A DNA stretch of 64,000 nucleotides from a virus. A program made the position numbers and the translations under genes. Below are positions 9,876-18,681 of this stretch, piece by piece (positions within the stretch are counted from its first letter, which is position 1; the number at the start of each line of letters is the position of its first letter). A model generated the notes under the pieces. The model saw only the letters and a program-made list of their open reading frames with translations. It had not been told where the DNA came from and searched no databases. Location: positions 5,397-69,396 of the IMG/VR virus record IMGVR_UViG_3300017605_000906. One strand, 5' to 3'.

Positions 9876-10085
9876 TTATTGATGTTGATGGTCATCGTGA
9901 CTGTGGCCGTGCCCGAACATATGCTGCGACGCGTGCTTCAGTTTGCGTGCGATAGAACCACCGGCGAGTTTGAACATCTCTCGCAAGAAGCCTTCCGCGT
10001 TGACGTGATTGGGGCCACTAATTTTGTCGGTGTCTACTTTGATGGTGCCATCTTCCAAGATGGTCACTTTAATTTTGTCTGCCAT
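9876..10085 (-). CDS. DUF2997-like small protein
   Basis: KIKVTILEDGTIKVDT N-terminus typical of DUF2997; His-rich tail; adjacent to Ycf46-like ATPase. Confidence 0.6.
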   Translation of the reverse strand: MADKIKVTILEDGTIKVDTDKISGPNHVNAEGFLREMFKLAGGSIARKLKHASQHMFGHGHSHDDHQHQ

Positions 10086-10111
10086 ACGATTTGTTTTTCT
10101 TTGGATAATTG

Positions 10112-10387
10112 TTACTCGAAGTTGAACTTGCGAACAGATGTTGCTGCGCCGACAAGCTCAGGTTTAATACTAGCAATCTTGCCACTACCGTCAGTGGCTT
10201 TCACAAACGATGCGTCTTGCTCGGCGACGCCGGCTTCAACCAAGCGAACGTGCTTGCACGTCCGTGCGCCATTCTTACAACGTAGCGTCCAGCCCTTGCA
10301 GTCGCAGGACATTGACCTGTCGTCTTGGACCAAGACTTGATAAAGCCCCGTGCCTTTCGACGAGCGAAAGATGTAGGTGTGTAGCAT
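10112..10387 (-). CDS. SWIM zinc-finger protein
   Basis: SSKGTGLYQV...CDCKGW...TCKH (CxC...CxH). Confidence 0.8.
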   Translation of the reverse strand: MLHTYIFRSSKGTGLYQVLVQDDRSMSCDCKGWTLRCKNGARTCKHVRLVEAGVAEQDASFVKATDGSGKIASIKPELVGAATSVRKFNFE

Positions 10388-10388
10388 A

Positions 10389-10703
10389 TCATCTCCTTAC
10401 AATCTCGTATTCGTATTGCGATGTTTGCTTCACCTGCCAACCGAATCGCTTGGCTTGCGAGAGCACGACTTGCGCGGAATAACCGCGCTTGAACTTTGCG
10501 ACCTTCTCATCGGCTTGCTTTTGATTGAGCCCTGAGAAGGTGAATTCATGCGACGCGCAATGGTAACTGCCACCATTGAACTTGATGATGTCGCCCGTAA
10601 GTTTCGGATTGAGTCCGTCTGCTTCGAGCGCGGCGTTGAGCAAGTTGCGGTCCGTGTTAGCGGAGAATTGCACCTTGGCTTCTTGAACTGTCCAGCATGG
10701 CAT
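10389..10703 (-). CDS. DUF1257/Ycf35-like protein
   Basis: Start MPCW at 10703; LLNAALEADG...KRGYSAQVVLSQAKRFGWQV matches the DUF1257 pattern. Confidence 0.6.
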   Translation of the reverse strand: MPCWTVQEAKVQFSANTDRNLLNAALEADGLNPKLTGDIIKFNGGSYHCASHEFTFSGLNQKQADEKVAKFKRGYSAQVVLSQAKRFGWQVKQTSQYEYEIVRR

Positions 10704-10849
10704 ATTATTATTTACCTTTCTTGTTGAACCAACTTTTGATGTTAAACAGAATGACTGGACCCGTTGCGATAGCGAGCCAGATGAGTGCACGTAACAACGT
10801 GATTTCTTCTGCGTGATGTGGAACACCGGTCATGTGAGCGAACATATAT

Positions 10850-11104
10850 TTAATCTAGGTTGAATTGCCTTACGGCAGGTTGCTGTGGTTTATTGAGACG
10901 TTTATGGAGACGAGTTATTTGTCGTCCGTAGATACCGACTTTGGTATTTGCGAGTTTGAGTTTGCGCAGCCAACGCGAAAGTTGCGCATTGGCCTTGTCG
11001 AGTTTCTCTTGGTCTTTCATGCGATGAAGTAGATGGACGCCCAGACAAGCACGTAGACAATGATTGCGCCGACCTTCATCTTGAAAGATAAGTCCTCGAA
11101 CCAC
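10850..11104 (-). CDS. small basic protein
   Basis: Basic helical ORF, probable start MKDQEK; ends RQFNLD. Confidence 0.5.
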   Translation of the reverse strand: MVRGLIFQDEGRRNHCLRACLGVHLLHRMKDQEKLDKANAQLSRWLRKLKLANTKVGIYGRQITRLHKRLNKPQQPAVRQFNLD

Positions 11105-11134
11105 GCTGCCGTTCTGTCTAGGAGTTGCATGGTT

Positions 11135-11407
11135 TTATCCTTTCACGATACCGACGTTGACGAGCAGCGACTTGATGAACTTGATGCGCCAGAGTCTCTT
11201 CCCGCGAAATTCGAGCACTGCCCGTTTCTCGGCGAGAATCGCCTTCTGCTTGGCGAGACACGGCGCGCAGATGCCGTGACTGACGCCGTAGTAACTGAGC
11301 GACGCGAGCTCAGGGAATGCCGCGAATACTTTGTTGCCCGGGAAGCAGTAGCAGCAGGCGTTGATTTGTTTCGCGTCGTGGTCGATGGTGTATGTGGTCG
11401 ATGTCAT
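11135..11407 (-). CDS. hypothetical protein, first gene of the early operon
   Basis: CCYC...SHGICAPC metal-binding motif; A-rich leader. Confidence 0.6.
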   Translation of the reverse strand: MTSTTYTIDHDAKQINACCYCFPGNKVFAAFPELASLSYYGVSHGICAPCLAKQKAILAEKRAVLEFRGKRLWRIKFIKSLLVNVGIVKG

Positions 11408-11434
11408 ATTTTTTATCTTTCAGGGGGAGTTTAT

Positions 11435-11488
11435 GGTTTCGTCTCGTGACTACCGAGACTCATCAGGTGAGATAAGTTTCTCACTACC
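11435..11488 (-). ncRNA. Hammerhead ribozyme, type III
   Basis: Minus strand: GG-UA^-GUGAGA-AACUUA-UCUCAC-CUGAUGA-GUCUCG-GUAGUCA-CGAGAC-GAAA-CC. All core nucleotides, two perfect 6-bp stems and a 3-bp stem III. Confidence 0.88.
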
Positions 11489-11845
11489 TCTTCAAGGCTG
11501 GACTTCGACTCTCGCCGAATCTCACTCGCGGGATTTCCTTCCGCTCGGTCACCATGAAGTTTTGAAGTTTTCCGGGTCCGTCTTGTCCTCGCTTTCTCGC
11601 TACTCGCGAACCTTCAGCTCAGACTTCGACCTACGCCTTTCGTTTCTTCGCCTACGAGCTGGCCGCTTTCGCGTTGCTCTCGCAGGTTGCCCGGAGGTTA
11701 TTCCGGGAGTTTGTTTCCGCTGTCGTGTGGTCTCGCTAATCTCGTTGACTTTGCTAGGACGAGCCACTCAGCGCTGGGGGTTTCGGACTTCCAGCTTGTC
11801 CCATCGTTTTGTTTCGCGGATACGACTCGAACCGCCTCGCACGTA

Positions 11846-11911
11846 AATATAGTAATCCACGTTGAGCAAGTGTCTAGCGAATATGAAAAAGATTTATTCT
11901 CCATATTCGCT
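11846..11911 (-). promoter_or_regulatory. Putative host sigma70-type promoter with adjacent 10-bp inverted repeat
   Basis: TAGACA (11876-11871)-N16-TACTAT (11854-11849); AGCGAATATG 11876-11885 / CATATTCGCT 11902-11911. Confidence 0.45.
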
Positions 11912-12010
11912 TCTACATCAATGGGTTAGGACTGTAAACTAATGAGACACGAAAAGCATTTTCGAGAAAATCAGTGGAATACAACGAAATCCGCGTGATT
12001 CGCAAACGGT

Positions 12011-12018
12011 AGATAATA
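12011..12018 (+). promoter_or_regulatory. AGATAATA motif (one of 11 gene-oriented copies)
   Basis: 4 nt upstream of GTG start 12023; other copies listed in findings. Confidence 0.6.
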
Positions 12019-12022
12019 GAGC

Positions 12023-12910
12023 GTGCGCATAAAGAGTATTCGAGTCATCAACTTTCAACGCCATCGACGACTCGTCATTCATCTCGACGATGTGACGGTG
12101 ATTCGTGGCGAGACAGATGCAGGAAAATCTGCAGTGCTGCGTGCGTTGCGTTGGCTGTGCTTGAATGATTTTGCGGGCGCCAACTTCATTCGTCGTGGAG
12201 CGAAACGTGCTGCGGTATCCGTTCGCATAATTCACAACAAGCAGCTCCACGAAATCACACGCGAGCGCAGTGCCAGTAACACGTATCGACTCGATGGCGA
12301 AATCTACAAAGCATTTGGCGCGAACGTCCCCGACAACATCGCCAACCTGCTGCGATTATCCGACGTCAACTTTGCCAGTCAACACGATGGTCCTTTTTGG
12401 TTCTGCGAAACTGCGCCCGAGGTATCGCGCAAGTTAAATGCCATTGTGGATTTGTCCGTCATTGATTCATCGCTATCGCATGTGGCCAAAGTGGTCACGA
12501 CGACAAACACTGAACTTGTCGTTCACGAATCCAGGCTGGAGTCCATCCGAGAGGACTTGAAGACCACGCAGCCCGAGCGCATAAAGGCGTTCGACTTGCT
12601 CCACGAGATTCATCGAGATGAACGGGCAGTCTCACGCCGTATCGTTCGCTTGAAAGAATTGATTGAGGCGTCAGCTCGTCTCGAATCGCAAACGAACACC
12701 ATCCCTTCATTCTCCGAAATCGAGATGCACTACAAGAAGTTAGTTTCCATCCAACAAAAGGTGGATAGCTTACAGCTCATCGTGAAACGGATTCGAGAAG
12801 CACAACAGAATGTCGACACTGCTCAAAAGCGAGCAGTCCAAGCCGAACGAGAATTCAAACAACAAACCCAAGGTAAGCCATGTCCAATATGCGGAAGTCC
12901 GATGAAGTAA
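12023..12910 (+). CDS. sbcC: SbcC/Rad50-like ATPase, N-terminal half
   Basis: IKSIRVINFQRH, Walker A GETDAGKS, Q-loop FASQHD, coiled coil, terminal CPIC zinc hook. Confidence 0.85.
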   Translation: MRIKSIRVINFQRHRRLVIHLDDVTVIRGETDAGKSAVLRALRWLCLNDFAGANFIRRGAKRAAVSVRIIHNKQLHEITRERSASNTYRLDGEIYKAFGANVPDNIANLLRLSDVNFASQHDGPFWFCETAPEVSRKLNAIVDLSVIDSSLSHVAKVVTTTNTELVVHESRLESIREDLKTTQPERIKAFDLLHEIHRDERAVSRRIVRLKELIEASARLESQTNTIPSFSEIEMHYKKLVSIQQKVDSLQLIVKRIREAQQNVDTAQKRAVQAEREFKQQTQGKPCPICGSPMK

Positions 12911-13770
12911 TCGCTGTGCTGGTCGCAGACTTGCATCTAAGTCTTACAGCTCCCGCTTGTCGCGCTGATAAGAACTGGATGGACGTTCAGGCTGACTATC
13001 TACATCAGCTGCGCCGCGTCGCTCGTAAAGTCCCCGTGCTCTGCGCGGGCGACATCTTCGACCGTTGGAACGCCGCCCCCGAGTTGATTCACCTCGCCTT
13101 GAAGCATCTCCCCGATGGAATGATTTGCGTTCCCGGACAGCACGACCTACCCAACCATCGCATGGATGATATGCATCGCAGTGGTTATGGAGTGCTCCGC
13201 GAAGCGGGGAAGATTCGACACATCTCAGGCTCGTCCATTCCAATCGAGCATGGTTGGACGGTGGATGGATATGGATGGAATGAGCCACTCAAGCCTGCCC
13301 GAACGGTAAAACGAATTGCGCTGGTGCATCATTATTGTTGGATTCCCGGTAAAGGATATCCCGGTGCGTCCGAATCGAGTCGTCTTGCTGCGCTGCTCAT
13401 CAAGCTGCGCAATTATGACCTGCGAGTATTCGGGGACAACCACATTCCCTTCTCGCGTCCGTCTGTTCATAACTGCGGCACGTTCATTCGTCGCAAGTCA
13501 GATGAGCTGCACCATCACCCTTCGCTGGGACTGCTCTTGAGCGATGGTCAGGTGAAGCGATACCCGTTGGACGTATCGAAAGACCTGTTTCATCAGAACG
13601 CAAAGCAGCGGGAGGAGTCGCAGCTCGACCTTAGTTCATTCATGGAGGAGCTGGAGGAACTAGGCGAGCAAGCCACCGACTTCAAGGCGACTGTCAAAAA
13701 TTACCTTCGTGACGCTCGACTCGATGACCCAATCAAGCAGATAATAAGAACAGCGGTCTATGAAAACTGA
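12880..13770 (+). CDS. sbcD: SbcD/Mre11-like metallophosphoesterase nuclease
   Basis: ADLH, AGDIFD, PGQHD, VHH, GDNHIP, NCG motifs. Confidence 0.88.
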   Translation: MSNMRKSDEVIAVLVADLHLSLTAPACRADKNWMDVQADYLHQLRRVARKVPVLCAGDIFDRWNAAPELIHLALKHLPDGMICVPGQHDLPNHRMDDMHRSGYGVLREAGKIRHISGSSIPIEHGWTVDGYGWNEPLKPARTVKRIALVHHYCWIPGKGYPGASESSRLAALLIKLRNYDLRVFGDNHIPFSRPSVHNCGTFIRRKSDELHHHPSLGLLLSDGQVKRYPLDVSKDLFHQNAKQREESQLDLSSFMEELEELGEQATDFKATVKNYLRDARLDDPIKQIIRTAVYEN

Positions 13771-13773
13771 ATT

Positions 13774-14025
13774 ATGAATCTCAAACCTACACACCATGCA
13801 TTGTTCGCCAGCCAGTTTGAAGTTACTGCGTGGCAATTCACCTTCAGTGCGCCGCTGCCCAAATGGATGGCTACAATCTTTTCAGAGAATGGGACACATT
13901 GGGTAGCACGCTCCAAGAGTGATGAAGTGGTCTATGCCAATGTCACAGATTGGGCCGTCGTCGTTGAAAAGAGCGTCGTGGTCCTTACGCACCCTGAATT
14001 CAATTTGCTTTTCAAACCATTATGA
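13774..14025 (+). CDS. hypothetical protein
   Basis: 83 aa tiled ORF, ATGA overlap with next gene. Confidence 0.55.
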   Translation: MNLKPTHHALFASQFEVTAWQFTFSAPLPKWMATIFSENGTHWVARSKSDEVVYANVTDWAVVVEKSVVVLTHPEFNLLFKPL

Positions 14026-14255
14026 CAGAGGAAGCATTCACAGAACTGAAAGAGGAGCACGAGCAATGCGCCAGGGTAGTCGAGCGTGCGCGTGGAGCCC
14101 TTCAACAACTGGAGCGTCAGTTGCGCAAAGAGTTTGGCTGCGATGTTCGTGGCGCCCGCAAGCTGCTCGCCAAACTGGAGACTCAGCAAACCGAAATCCA
14201 AGAAGCCCTGCAACGGGCCACCAAAGCATATGTTCGATTACGAGAGCGAGAGTGA
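14022..14255 (+). CDS. small coiled-coil protein (SbcC-associated)
   Basis: 77 aa heptad-rich ORF between the Rad50 halves. Confidence 0.6.
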   Translation: MTEEAFTELKEEHEQCARVVERARGALQQLERQLRKEFGCDVRGARKLLAKLETQQTEIQEALQRATKAYVRLRERE

Positions 14256-14802
14256 ACTCATCCAGGGTCTGCGTGAGCGCAGAAAGGCATTGAAGCTATC
14301 GTTGAAACGAGAGCGAGACTCATTGGAGCAAACCAAAATCAAATTGGAGCACGCTCGAAAAGCGCAAGAGGTGCTCCAGTCGCTCGCCCAATCGGTCCAA
14401 CAAAAAGCACACGAACGAATCGCCCGCGTGGTTACGACTTGCTTGCAGACTGTATTCCCCGATGACCCATATGAGTTTCAAATTCGATTCGAGCGCAAGC
14501 GCGGGCGCACAGAGGCACGCCTAATCTTCGTGCGCGATGGATTGGAAGTCAGTCCTTTGTCGGCTAGTGGAGGAGGCGTCGTCGATGTGGCTGCGTTCGC
14601 ATTGCGCGTGGCGTGTCTTTCTCTTCATCGTCCTCGACTCAGCCGACTGCTCGTGCTTGATGAACCATTTCGATTCGTCTCCGCGCAACACCACGATGCC
14701 ATTCGCATCATGCTCAAGACATTGGCAAAAGAAATGGGCATTCAGATTGTGATGGTGACTCACAACGCGAACCTCGTCACGGGAAAAGTGATTGAGGTTT
14801 GA
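14230..14802 (+). CDS. sbcC: SbcC/Rad50-like ATPase, C-terminal half
   Basis: Likely start MFDY at 14230; signature LSASGGG, Walker B LVLDEP, H-loop MVTH. Confidence 0.85.
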   Translation: MFDYESESELIQGLRERRKALKLSLKRERDSLEQTKIKLEHARKAQEVLQSLAQSVQQKAHERIARVVTTCLQTVFPDDPYEFQIRFERKRGRTEARLIFVRDGLEVSPLSASGGGVVDVAAFALRVACLSLHRPRLSRLLVLDEPFRFVSAQHHDAIRIMLKTLAKEMGIQIVMVTHNANLVTGKVIEV

Positions 14803-15012
14803 ACAAATAATTTGTTCCGTGATTGAACCTTCGCCGTTCGACGGAAACACCGTAGTGGAGTGAACAGATTATTTGTTTTCCGTGCGCTTGTGCGTCGCTT
14901 TGAGCGTCGTTTGCGCTATCGAGACTCGGTTTTGGTCCAAACATCGCGCCTAGCGAAGGCTGGACGCTGCGCCTAGCGTTCTTTTCGACTCGTCTGGACT
15001 ACGCTTCGAGCG

Positions 15013-15411
15013 TTATGGGTAGACGAGTATCTCAACCATCGCAGCAGTCATCACGCCGTCGGCGAGGACTCCGCTCGAATAGGTCGAGACTCCCAGTTCA
15101 TTTGCATCGTTGCGAACGATATCAATGGGCTGTCCGCCACCACCGCCCTCAAGCCCGGCGCGAATGAAGGTCTTGTTCACAACGAACGCGGCAGTGAGCG
15201 TCGCCGTATATTCACCATCAGTAACTCGGGCCCATACCACTGTGCCACCGAGTGTATTCTCCAACACGGTAGCAGACGGATTCCCTACACCTGCCTGCGT
15301 CACGATGGCACGATAGACTTTGATGGCTGCCCATCCATCTACCAGGGCGATGGCGGCATTGATTTTCGACCTCGCGCTGGAGCCGACTTCATTGTTTGCG
15401 ATGCTTGACAT
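15013..15411 (-). CDS. virion/tail-associated beta-rich protein
   Basis: Last gene of the tail operon; VLENTLGGTVVWARVTDGEYTAT. Confidence 0.55.
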   Translation of the reverse strand: MSSIANNEVGSSARSKINAAIALVDGWAAIKVYRAIVTQAGVGNPSATVLENTLGGTVVWARVTDGEYTATLTAAFVVNKTFIRAGLEGGGGGQPIDIVRNDANELGVSTYSSGVLADGVMTAAMVEILVYP

Positions 15412-15432
15412 ATGTTTGTGTTTTTTGGTTTG

Positions 15433-18400
15433 TTAGTCTCTCCAGAAATTATCATCTTCCCAACGCCCGAAATCATCCCACTCATTGAATTCCAGAATCC
15501 AAGCGGGGGCCAGCAAGTGCGGCCCTGATGCTGCTCCCATACTCGACCACGCATCACGCAGAGCTACCCACCAGAAGTAATCGGGATGCGTCAAGTCCGA
15601 ATCCAGTTCCGTCGTGACGTATGTCTCTGTAGGCATATCGGGCGACGAACCGGGATTGGACACGCACTCTTCCGTGTAGGGCGTTTCAAACACCGGGTCA
15701 AATGATTCAGTCAGCGATAGCCAAATGGCGAAGCAGTGCAAGTCGCACTCGTCAGGGTTATCCCAGAACAAGCGCCACGTGTATGTCAGTCCATCGCTGC
15801 TGACGTCAAACAACTCAACGCCCGGAGATGCTCCCGAGCTATCTTCAGTCGGTAGCGCGGGCGCGGCGTTGGACAGTTCTATCGGGCGCGGTAGTTCATT
15901 CGCCACAATATCGCCCGTGTCCTCGTCGAGGTTCATTGTATCCACCGTCACGAGCATCTCACTCACCAGGTTGCCATCTTCCAACGCCATCTCGTAGGTG
16001 TAAATGAATTCCAGTTCAGTCTGCTGAGTGGTGCGCTTCAGAATCGGGCCCGACTCATTAGAATTGTCATAGACTCGAATCAAGTAGGCGTCGATGTTGA
16101 TGTCCTCCCACCAACGTATTCCCCATTGCAGACACTCCCAGGGAATATGATTTTCCAGGCCGAGAGTGAGCGTCAGGGTGATACTCGATTCAATCCAAGG
16201 ACCCTGCCCTTCGTTCAACGCTGCCACGCGCACGTAGACAGGTCCCGGCCACCCCTGGAATTGAACTGACGTTCGCGGAGTCTGAGATAAGAATTCCCAG
16301 TTGTCTGCATCGCGAGAGATTTGCACGATGTAACTGGTCGCACCAAACGACGCCGACCATACCGCTTGAACGAGCATCAACGTGCTGTCGACTTGCGTCA
16401 GGGTCAGATGTGAGATTTCGGGATTGTCGGGCACCTCGGGCGGGCCCGTGGGCTTGTCCAGTTCGGGAGCCACCAACTCGTCGAACGAAAAGATGGCAGG
16501 GACTTCAGGCACTGCGGTGATTTTGATACGCTCGCCTCCTTGAGGTTCGACTTTCACCACCTTGAGATACTGCGTGATGTCTCCCGTCTGGCCGAACATA
16601 AAGAGCATCGGCTCATTCCCTCCTCCCAACAAGAATGAGAAGTCCGTCGCCTCGCCCGCGAGATGGATGATGACTTGTTTCGGGTCACTGGTCTCCTCGA
16701 CGTTCAATGGACCGATGAGCTCAGCTCGATTGTTACGCAGCATGATTTGATTGGCGCCATCGCTCGCGTCCGAGAATATCAAAGGCTCAGAGACGCAGAG
16801 CAACCATGTGCCATCAGTCAACTCTTGCGCATCCAGGATGTAGCCGCTCTGTCCCCATTGAGGCACGTCGTGAACTACCGCAATCAAATCACCATAGCTG
16901 GGGATGATGCCTTCCATCCCCGTCTCGAAGGTAACATTCTCGCGCAAGTATCGCTCCACTGCCAAGATATACATCCCTTCACGGTAGGCGTGCTGGCGGT
17001 CTTGGATACCGGGCAAGCGCATGTCCTTCGAGTTGCTTCCCGCATCTGAGTCGTCGGGGAGAATGCAATGCACCGTTTCTTGTTTGTAGCCCGTGGTCGG
17101 GTCTGTATATTCAATCTGAATCGAATCGTGCTCGTTCAAGTCCCATAGTTTGATATCCCATGTAAACGTGCCCTGAATAATGTTGTCGGGGATAAACATC
17201 CCAATAGGCACGATGGCGGGAGCGTCTCGCTTCAATGAAATCAACGAGCCCACCAAAAGCGGAACGCCTCTTCCTACGCGAGCGATGGTGCGCGCAGCTT
17301 CCCATACCGTAACGGGGTCCCGGAACGTCCAGTCAAAGTGCTCGTTGCGCGATTCATACAACGCTTCCAGCGCCCAGAGTGTGTCCCAATCATAGTAGGA
17401 GTCATCCGTAATCTGTCCGCCGTAGTGGGAGCGCATCACGTCCACGAACGCCCAGACAATGGACCGTGTAGCTATCGGCTCTGACCAACCTTCAGAGTCC
17501 GATGAGCCACTCGAACCTTCAAAACGAATCGGGAGTTTGCGCGTCGCGATGACATTGAATTTCTCACGCGTGCGTGCATTGAGATTATTCGTCGCCCGTA
17601 TCTTGACCGCAAGCATGGTCACATCTCCGTAGTCGGGCTGCTCGCCAGTTACAAATCCACGTAGTCCGTCCCATACTGCGTCATGCCCATCCCTGCCTCC
17701 AAAATTCTTGCCATCGACACGGCGAATCCGAATCTCATATCGTCCTACAGTAACGGCATATCTGTGCGTGATGCGTCGGGGCGTCATCGTCGCTGCGGTA
17801 AAACTTTCCTGTTCCAGAAGGGTGAAAGCACCGAGCGGCGCACCCGCATCATCAATCAAGCGAGTCTGCACCTGATACACAATCGTGTTAGATTGAGTCT
17901 GTCCTTTTTTAGAGGTATGATACAGACCTTTGGGAAACAGGATGTCTATTTCAATCTGCTGCACCTCTGTGGTAGGCGGAGAAACATCAAACGGTCCTAT
18001 CCAGCCATCCACGGGATACTCAGGCTCATTAGGCGCATACAGCGTTTGCCCACCCACTTCAATCGACGTTACTACATTCGTGTCAAACAACGTCGTGACG
18101 TCGCCGGGTTCCAGAATCTCATACTCCGCTTCATCGAATTGGTCAATGGACGTATCTCCAATTTGCACCTCCTCGATTTCATAAACCCCCTGGCCAATGC
18201 AAAATAGTGAATGCTGGTATTGGTCATTGTGTTGGTAGCGATAGAATGGGCGCGACGCCAGTGAAGGATAGATTCTGTTCCGACCATAGTTGCATTCAAT
18301 CGGCTCGCCCATTCGGACCTGGTTGACTTGTCCCTTGATGGTGAATACAGGGTCCGATTCAGGTTGCTCTCCCGGCGTGGATGGTTGCGTGACCAATGCC

Positions 18401-18681
18401 AAAATCACCGAGACGACGATGAGCACAATTGCAACGATGACGTATTCAATGCCTGTGCAAGCAATGAAGTTGACCACGTCATCCTCTTGAATCGGTTCGT
18501 CCCATTGTTTGCGCATGCGCGGCTTACCGTTCACCACGCACAGAGTCGGTGTATTGAACTCTGTGAACCCGGGATATGTTTCGCGCAACCATTCCCAGAT
18601 GGTGATACCACCCGCGTGGCGATGCTTTTTTAATCCATCCAACGGACGAAAAGGATTGGGCGTTTCAATAATCCAGGCCAT
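15433..18681 (-). CDS. Tail tip/central fibre protein (lambda gpI-gpJ-like)
   Basis: N-terminal ubiquitin-like segment, GEPIECNYGRNRIYP, LFCIGQG, DILFPKGLY, MLAVKIRATNNLN, FN3-like region; start MAWII at 18681. Confidence 0.88.
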   Translation of the reverse strand: MAWIIETPNPFRPLDGLKKHRHAGGITIWEWLRETYPGFTEFNTPTLCVVNGKPRMRKQWDEPIQEDDVVNFIACTGIEYVIVAIVLIVVSVILALVTQPSTPGEQPESDPVFTIKGQVNQVRMGEPIECNYGRNRIYPSLASRPFYRYQHNDQYQHSLFCIGQGVYEIEEVQIGDTSIDQFDEAEYEILEPGDVTTLFDTNVVTSIEVGGQTLYAPNEPEYPVDGWIGPFDVSPPTTEVQQIEIDILFPKGLYHTSKKGQTQSNTIVYQVQTRLIDDAGAPLGAFTLLEQESFTAATMTPRRITHRYAVTVGRYEIRIRRVDGKNFGGRDGHDAVWDGLRGFVTGEQPDYGDVTMLAVKIRATNNLNARTREKFNVIATRKLPIRFEGSSGSSDSEGWSEPIATRSIVWAFVDVMRSHYGGQITDDSYYDWDTLWALEALYESRNEHFDWTFRDPVTVWEAARTIARVGRGVPLLVGSLISLKRDAPAIVPIGMFIPDNIIQGTFTWDIKLWDLNEHDSIQIEYTDPTTGYKQETVHCILPDDSDAGSNSKDMRLPGIQDRQHAYREGMYILAVERYLRENVTFETGMEGIIPSYGDLIAVVHDVPQWGQSGYILDAQELTDGTWLLCVSEPLIFSDASDGANQIMLRNNRAELIGPLNVEETSDPKQVIIHLAGEATDFSFLLGGGNEPMLFMFGQTGDITQYLKVVKVEPQGGERIKITAVPEVPAIFSFDELVAPELDKPTGPPEVPDNPEISHLTLTQVDSTLMLVQAVWSASFGATSYIVQISRDADNWEFLSQTPRTSVQFQGWPGPVYVRVAALNEGQGPWIESSITLTLTLGLENHIPWECLQWGIRWWEDINIDAYLIRVYDNSNESGPILKRTTQQTELEFIYTYEMALEDGNLVSEMLVTVDTMNLDEDTGDIVANELPRPIELSNAAPALPTEDSSGASPGVELFDVSSDGLTYTWRLFWDNPDECDLHCFAIWLSLTESFDPVFETPYTEECVSNPGSSPDMPTETYVTTELDSDLTHPDYFWWVALRDAWSSMGAASGPHLLAPAWILEFNEWDDFGRWEDDNFWRD

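Noticed and set aside
11361-11929. ORFs 11361-11846, 11687-11929 and 11698-11904
   Set aside because: Atypical composition, no motifs, and they overlap the hammerhead, structured RNA and promoter.
14022-14802. Programmed frameshift joining 14022-14255 to the Rad50 C-half
   Set aside because: No slippery heptamer seen in the overlap, and an in-frame ATG at 14230 explains the C-half.
14801-14817. LexA box
   Set aside because: GAAC-N9-GTTC spacing does not match the GAAC-N4-GTTC or other SOS boxes I know.
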